A stretch of 64,000 nt of DNA from Gemmatimonadales bacterium (GTDB taxonomy: Bacteria > Gemmatimonadota > Gemmatimonadetes > Gemmatimonadales > GWC2-71-9): assembly GCA_037189525.1 (NCBI GenBank), contig JBBCJC010000003.1, forward strand, positions 224,001 to 288,000, in the 5' to 3' direction. The position numbers were made by a program, and so were the translations under genes. Of this stretch, positions 59,723 to 64,000 are shown in pieces. The notes under the pieces were generated by a model. That model was not told the DNA's origin. It worked only from the letters and a program-made list of their open reading frames with translations, and made no database searches. The stretch's first letter is position 1, and every line of letters starts with the position of its first letter.

Positions 59723-61072
59723 ATGACCACGATGCCACACGGGATGCCGCATCAGGACCTCACCCATGCCGACGTCACCCGGGACGTCGTCAAGACGCTC
59801 GAGACGCCGAGCCGCGGCTACTACATGGCGCTCTTCGGCGCCATCGCGATGTTCCTGGTGGGGGCCGTCACCTTCGTCCTGCTGCTCAAGGAAGGCCTCG
59901 GATTGGCCGGCTATCAGCCGCCGATTTTCTGGTCCGTCTACATCACGACCTTCGTCTTCTGGGTCGGTATCGGCCACGCCGGGACGCTGATCTCCGCCAT
60001 TCTGTTCCTGTTCCGGTCGCCCTGGCGAACGGCGGTGTATCGATCGACGGAAGCCATGACGGTGTTTGCCGTCATGACGGCGGCACTCTTCCCGATCATC
60101 CATATCGGTCGCCAGTGGATCTTCTACTGGCTGCTGCCGTATCCGAACCAGCGGTTCCTCTGGCCGAACTTCAAGTCGCCGCTGGTCTGGGACGTCTTCG
60201 CGATCTCGACCTACTTCACGGTGTCCGCCACCTTCCTCGTGGTCGGCCTCGTGCCCGACATCGCGGCGGTGCGCGACAAGATGTCCGGGTGGCGCCGGAA
60301 GGTGTACGGCGCGCTGTCGCTCGGCTGGACCGGTGCGGACAGCCAGTGGCGGCACTACGTCAAAGGCTACGGCTTCATGGCGGCGCTGGCTGCGCCGCTG
60401 GTGCTCTCGGTGCACTCCGTCGTGTCCTGGGACTTCGCCATGTCGGTCATTCCCGGCTGGCACGGCACCATCTTCGCCCCGTACTTCGTGGCCGGCGCGA
60501 TCTACTCCGGTATCGGCATGGTGCTGACGCTGGTGATTCCGCTGCGCAAGGTGCTCAAGATCGAGCACCTGATCACGGACTACCACTTCGACAACCTGGC
60601 CAAGCTGACGCTGCTGACCGGCACCATCCTGTTCTATGCCTACGGGATGGAGTACTTCATCGCCTGGTACAGCGGCAATACGTATGAGCAGACGAGCTTC
60701 TGGCTCCGGGCCTTCGGACCGCTCTGGTGGTCCGGCTGGACCATGATCATCTGCAACGCCTTCGTGTCGCAGTTGCTCTGGTTCAAGAAGATCCGCCAGA
60801 ACCTGACGGCCCTTTTCGTCATCTCGATCTTCATCAATATCGGGATGTGGTTCGAGCGGTACGTCATCATTTCGTCGTCGCTCGCCAATGACTTCATCCC
60901 GTTTGCATGGGACCGCATGAATCCGACCTGGGCCGACTGGGGCATTCTGCTCGGGTCGTTCGGGTGGTTCGGGATGTATTTCATCCTGTTTGCCAAGACC
61001 TTCCCGGTCGTAGCGATCCAGGAAATCAAGGAGATGATTCCGATGCCGCGCCGGAAGAAGGGGGGGCATTGA
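59723..61072 (+). CDS. actC: ACIII NrfD/PsrC-family quinol-binding membrane subunit
   Basis: FWVGIGHAGTLISA, HIGR, NFKSPLVWD, LSVHSVVSWDFA, GMWFERY. Confidence 0.92.
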   Translation: MTTMPHGMPHQDLTHADVTRDVVKTLETPSRGYYMALFGAIAMFLVGAVTFVLLLKEGLGLAGYQPPIFWSVYITTFVFWVGIGHAGTLISAILFLFRSPWRTAVYRSTEAMTVFAVMTAALFPIIHIGRQWIFYWLLPYPNQRFLWPNFKSPLVWDVFAISTYFTVSATFLVVGLVPDIAAVRDKMSGWRRKVYGALSLGWTGADSQWRHYVKGYGFMAALAAPLVLSVHSVVSWDFAMSVIPGWHGTIFAPYFVAGAIYSGIGMVLTLVIPLRKVLKIEHLITDYHFDNLAKLTLLTGTILFYAYGMEYFIAWYSGNTYEQTSFWLRAFGPLWWSGWTMIICNAFVSQLLWFKKIRQNLTALFVISIFINIGMWFERYVIISSSLANDFIPFAWDRMNPTWADWGILLGSFGWFGMYFILFAKTFPVVAIQEIKEMIPMPRRKKGGH

Positions 61073-61587
61073 TGGCTACCAAAACCCTCTCGGGTGTGCT
61101 CGCCGCGTTCAAGTATGAGGACTCGGCGATCGACGCGATCAAGGGGCTCAGGGCTCGGGGATACCGGGATCTGACCGTCTATACGGCCGCGCCCAATCAC
61201 CACATCGAGGAAGCGCTCGAGCACAAGACCAGCTGGGTGCGCGCCTTCACGCTGATCGGCGGGTTGGTGGGCTGCGCAGCAGGCTTCGGGATGACGCTCT
61301 GGATGTCGTACGACTGGCCGCTCCTGGTCGGTGGCAAGCCGATCGGGGCGATTCCGCCGTATGTGGTGCTCGGTTTCGAGTTGACCATTCTCTACGGCGC
61401 GCTGTCGACCGTGGCGGGTGTGATCATTCTGTCGGCGCTCAAGTCGCTCAAAGGCCGGCCGTTCAAGCCGGAGTTCAGCGATGACACCATCGGTTTGTTC
61501 GTACCGTGTCCGCCGGATCAGCGGAACGGCGTCCGGAAGTTTCTGGAAGAAGTCGGCTCAGACGAGGTGACGGAACATGGCGCGTAA
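61072..61587 (+). CDS. actD: ACIII subunit D (DUF3341-like)
   Basis: DWPLLVGGKP, FELTIL, two TM. Confidence 0.88.
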   Translation: MATKTLSGVLAAFKYEDSAIDAIKGLRARGYRDLTVYTAAPNHHIEEALEHKTSWVRAFTLIGGLVGCAAGFGMTLWMSYDWPLLVGGKPIGAIPPYVVLGFELTILYGALSTVAGVIILSALKSLKGRPFKPEFSDDTIGLFVPCPPDQRNGVRKFLEEVGSDEVTEHGA

Positions 61588-62197
61588 GCGACTGCTCGCG
61601 ACGCTGGGCCTTCTGGCGGGTCTGTCGGGCTGCAATTGGTATTACGACACGTTGCCGTCGCCGGACGACCTGATGAAGGCGGTGCCGTGGTTCGATCATA
61701 TGATCAAGTCCCCGACGCCGTCGCCGTATCAGCGGGCCGACATCCCGCGGTACACGCCCAAGGGTTCGGTCCCGATCACCGGCGGCGAAGCCGATTGGGG
61801 TCTCCTCAATTTCTCCGGCCCGGTGCCGATGTACGGCTTCGACACGCTCGCGGCCAACCGGGTGCGCAACCCGACGGTTGCGGAGTTCTCGGAGACGCTG
61901 GCGCGTGGGGAAGAGGTGTACCGGAATTACTGCGCCGTCTGCCACGGCGGCTCCGGCGCGGGTGATGGTCCTGTCGGCGTCCGCATGGGCGCTCAGTCGC
62001 TCCTGAGCGACAAGGCCAAGGGATATACGGACGGGTACCTGTACAGCATCGTGCGATACGGCCGCGGTGTCATGCCGATGTACGGCGACAAGGTGTTCCG
62101 CCAGCATGACCGCTGGGCCGTGGTGAATTACATGCGCCATCTGCAGGGTATTACGCCAGCCGCATCCGCTGTGGCGGCGGAAGGAGCCAGTCAATGA
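61577..62197 (+). CDS. actE: ACIII monoheme cytochrome c lipoprotein
   Basis: Lipobox LSGC, CAVCHG, GRGVMPMY, DRWAVVNY. Confidence 0.88.
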   Translation: MARKRLLATLGLLAGLSGCNWYYDTLPSPDDLMKAVPWFDHMIKSPTPSPYQRADIPRYTPKGSVPITGGEADWGLLNFSGPVPMYGFDTLAANRVRNPTVAEFSETLARGEEVYRNYCAVCHGGSGAGDGPVGVRMGAQSLLSDKAKGYTDGYLYSIVRYGRGVMPMYGDKVFRQHDRWAVVNYMRHLQGITPAASAVAAEGASQ

Positions 62198-63537
62198 GCC
62201 GAGCGGCACAGCGCGAACGCATCATCGTTCGCGGCAATGCGGGGCGCTTCAACCTGCTGTGGACGGTGGGGCTCGCCTTGGCGGTGGTCGGAGGGGCGCT
62301 CTTTGCGTTCTCTCTGTTCTCCGGCCAAAGCGAACGGGCCTGGCACCTCTTTCACGTCAACTGGGTCTACTTCACCGGTCTGACCGGCGGCAGCATGGCC
62401 CTGGTTGCTGCGAACAAACTGGCCAACGCCAAGTGGTCCGGTGTCATCGTACGTTTTTCCGCCGCGCACGTCTTCTTCTCGGTGGTCTCGCTGATCGGTC
62501 TGATCCTCATCTTCACGGTGGGATATCACTCGATCTACGGCCACATGTACGAACAGTTGCATTCGCTGCCGCACGCCAAGGCGGTCTGGTTGTCGAAACC
62601 GTTCATGTTCGGTCGGCTGCTGGTCGGGTTAACGGCGCTCTTCTGGGTCGGTTGGAAGATGATCCGCGCCGACATGGTGGGCGACATGTTCCTGGCGAGG
62701 AACACCGTCGGGGCCGATCGGAAGGCGCGCTACGAGGCGGCGACGCAGGGCTTCGACGGCTCGGAAGCCGCGATCGCCGAGCAGCGGGCGTCGACCAACC
62801 GGTTTGCCGCGATCTATGTCGTGCTGTACGCCCTCGTCTTCACGATGATCGGGTTCGACGGGATCCAGGCGCTGCAGCCGCATTGGTTCAGCAACCTGCT
62901 GGGCGGTTGGTACTTCATGGGCTCGTTCCTGGGCGCCCACACGGTGCTGGCGCTGCTGATGCAGCACTCGCGTCGTCACCTGGGGCTGGCGGATCTGGTC
63001 ACGCCCAAGCAGCGGCACGACCTGGGCAAGATGATTTTCGGCTTCACGATCTTCTGGGCCTACCTGATGTGGTCGCAGTTCCTGGTCATCTGGTACGGCA
63101 ACATTCCGGAAGAGACCGGTTTCGTCTTCCAGCGCCTCTGGGGCGAGTGGATGCCGGTAGCCCGGATCGTCTTCATCGGCATGTTCCTGCTGCCGTTCTG
63201 GGGCCTCCTGTTCATTGCCGCGAAGAAGTCGCCGCTCGTCCTCGGCCTGTTTGCCCTGGTGAGCGTGGTGTCACTCTGGATCGAGCGCTACCTGCTGGTG
63301 CTCCCGTCGATCACGGCCGGCAGCGGCCCGCTCTTCGGGCTGCCGGAGCTCGGACCCACACTGCTCCTGCTCGGCCTCTTCCTGTTCTGCTACGCGCTGT
63401 TTGGCCGGACCTATCCCATGGTCTCGCCCCGGCTTGCCGAGATTGCGGCCGACTACGAAGCGCTGCACGGCGGACACGGCGCGGATCACGGTCACGAAGA
63501 CGCTGGCCTCGAGCATCCCAAGGGCGCACACGCTTAA
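62194..63537 (+). CDS. actF: ACIII membrane subunit F
   Basis: HDLGK, FWAYLMWSQFLVIWYGNIPEE; His-rich C-terminal tail. Confidence 0.88.
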   Translation: MSRAAQRERIIVRGNAGRFNLLWTVGLALAVVGGALFAFSLFSGQSERAWHLFHVNWVYFTGLTGGSMALVAANKLANAKWSGVIVRFSAAHVFFSVVSLIGLILIFTVGYHSIYGHMYEQLHSLPHAKAVWLSKPFMFGRLLVGLTALFWVGWKMIRADMVGDMFLARNTVGADRKARYEAATQGFDGSEAAIAEQRASTNRFAAIYVVLYALVFTMIGFDGIQALQPHWFSNLLGGWYFMGSFLGAHTVLALLMQHSRRHLGLADLVTPKQRHDLGKMIFGFTIFWAYLMWSQFLVIWYGNIPEETGFVFQRLWGEWMPVARIVFIGMFLLPFWGLLFIAAKKSPLVLGLFALVSVVSLWIERYLLVLPSITAGSGPLFGLPELGPTLLLLGLFLFCYALFGRTYPMVSPRLAEIAADYEALHGGHGADHGHEDAGLEHPKGAHA

Positions 63538-63559
63538 CGCCGCTCAAATCGCATGACAT

Positions 63560-63594
63560 CAGAAGGCCCACCCGATCGCAGGGTGGGCCTTCTG
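63560..63594 (+). terminator. intrinsic terminator of the act operon
   Basis: CAGAAGGCCCACCC-gatcgca-GGGTGGGCCTTCTG followed by CTTT. Confidence 0.82.
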
Positions 63595-63615
63595 CTTTGG
63601 GGCCGGCGAATTCGC

Positions 63616-63672
63616 CCTACTCTTGACAGTCGAGAGAAGGCGGGTGATCCTACTCTCGACGGTCGAGAGAAG
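63616..63672. repeat. two 24-bp direct repeats, each a palindrome; probable PadR operators
   Basis: CCTACTCTTGACAGTCGAGAGAAG (63616) and CCTACTCTCGACGGTCGAGAGAAG (63649), 33-bp period. Confidence 0.8.
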
Positions 63673-63729
63673 TGGCAGGGGTGTCCTGAATGGGCCGGAC
63701 CCGGATGGATCGGCACAGCGGAGGCAGCG

Positions 63730-64000
63730 ATGGTGGAAAAGCGCGGCGATCTCCTCCAGGGCACTCTGGAACTCCTGATTCTCAAAACGCTCTCCGTCGA
63801 GCTGCTCCACGGATGGGGCATCACCCAGCGGATCGAGTTGCTCTCCCGCCAGATCCTGCAGGTCAATCAGGGCTCGCTCTATCCGGCGCTGGAGCGTCTG
63901 GGTCGGCGGGGCTGGATCCGGTCGGAATGGCGCATCACCGAAAACAACCGTCGGGCACGCTTCTATGAGCTGACCGCCGATGGCTGGCGGCAATTGGCGG
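63730..64000 (+). CDS. PadR family regulator (Acidobacterial type), truncated by the window end
   Basis: Translated by hand: MVEKRGDLLQGTLELLILKTL...HGWGI...VNQGSLYPALERL...SEWRITENNRRARFYELT; GGAGG SD. Confidence 0.92.
   Translation, partial: MVEKRGDLLQGTLELLILKTLSVELLHGWGITQRIELLSRQILQVNQGSLYPALERLGRRGWIRSEWRITENNRRARFYELTADGWRQLA

Noticed and set aside
63616..63672. Direct repeats as a CRISPR remnant
   Set aside because: Two copies, 9-nt spacer, no cas genes; an operator is the better explanation

Overview
GC-rich bacterial chromosome segment. Gene content (GH57 glycogen cluster, ACIII, Acidobacterial-type PadR, several Hanks kinases, RpoD-like sigma without region 1.1) suggests Gemmatimonadota or a relative; this is inference only. 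The window is core metabolism, and I saw no rRNA, tRNA, CRISPR array or mobile element. In order: three GH57 enzymes with glgA and glgP, ettA, a decayed sugar-dehydrogenase relic, a peroxiredoxin, a GH15 hydrolase with fused otsAB, thrC/thrB, pntAA-AB-B, a sigma factor, acnA, a DUF971/PIG-L/ABC/MFS/M3-peptidase run, infA, csp, a GGDEF gene plus tandem kinase, a gamma-CA-like gene, an HD-like gene, queE/queC, TIGR01777, speA, gltA, an ARH-like gene, queF, an acyl-CoA dehydrogenase with TetR, a membrane kinase, ferritin-oxidoreductase-unknown-pilT-trmJ, actABCDEF and a partial padR. Most interesting: (1) a tandem Sm/Hfq-like protein coupled to a PilT with a duplicated N-domain; (2) a diguanylate cyclase coupled to a pseudokinase-kinase tandem; (3) several intact ORFs that have lost catalytic residues (gamma-CA, Mesh1-like HD, ARH-like); (4) an ActB retaining an N-terminal FS0 Cys motif; (5) a probable ATC start in speA; (6) a leaderless-promoter signature. 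All family calls come from motif recognition by eye, not database searches. Many starts were trimmed relative to the ORF track.
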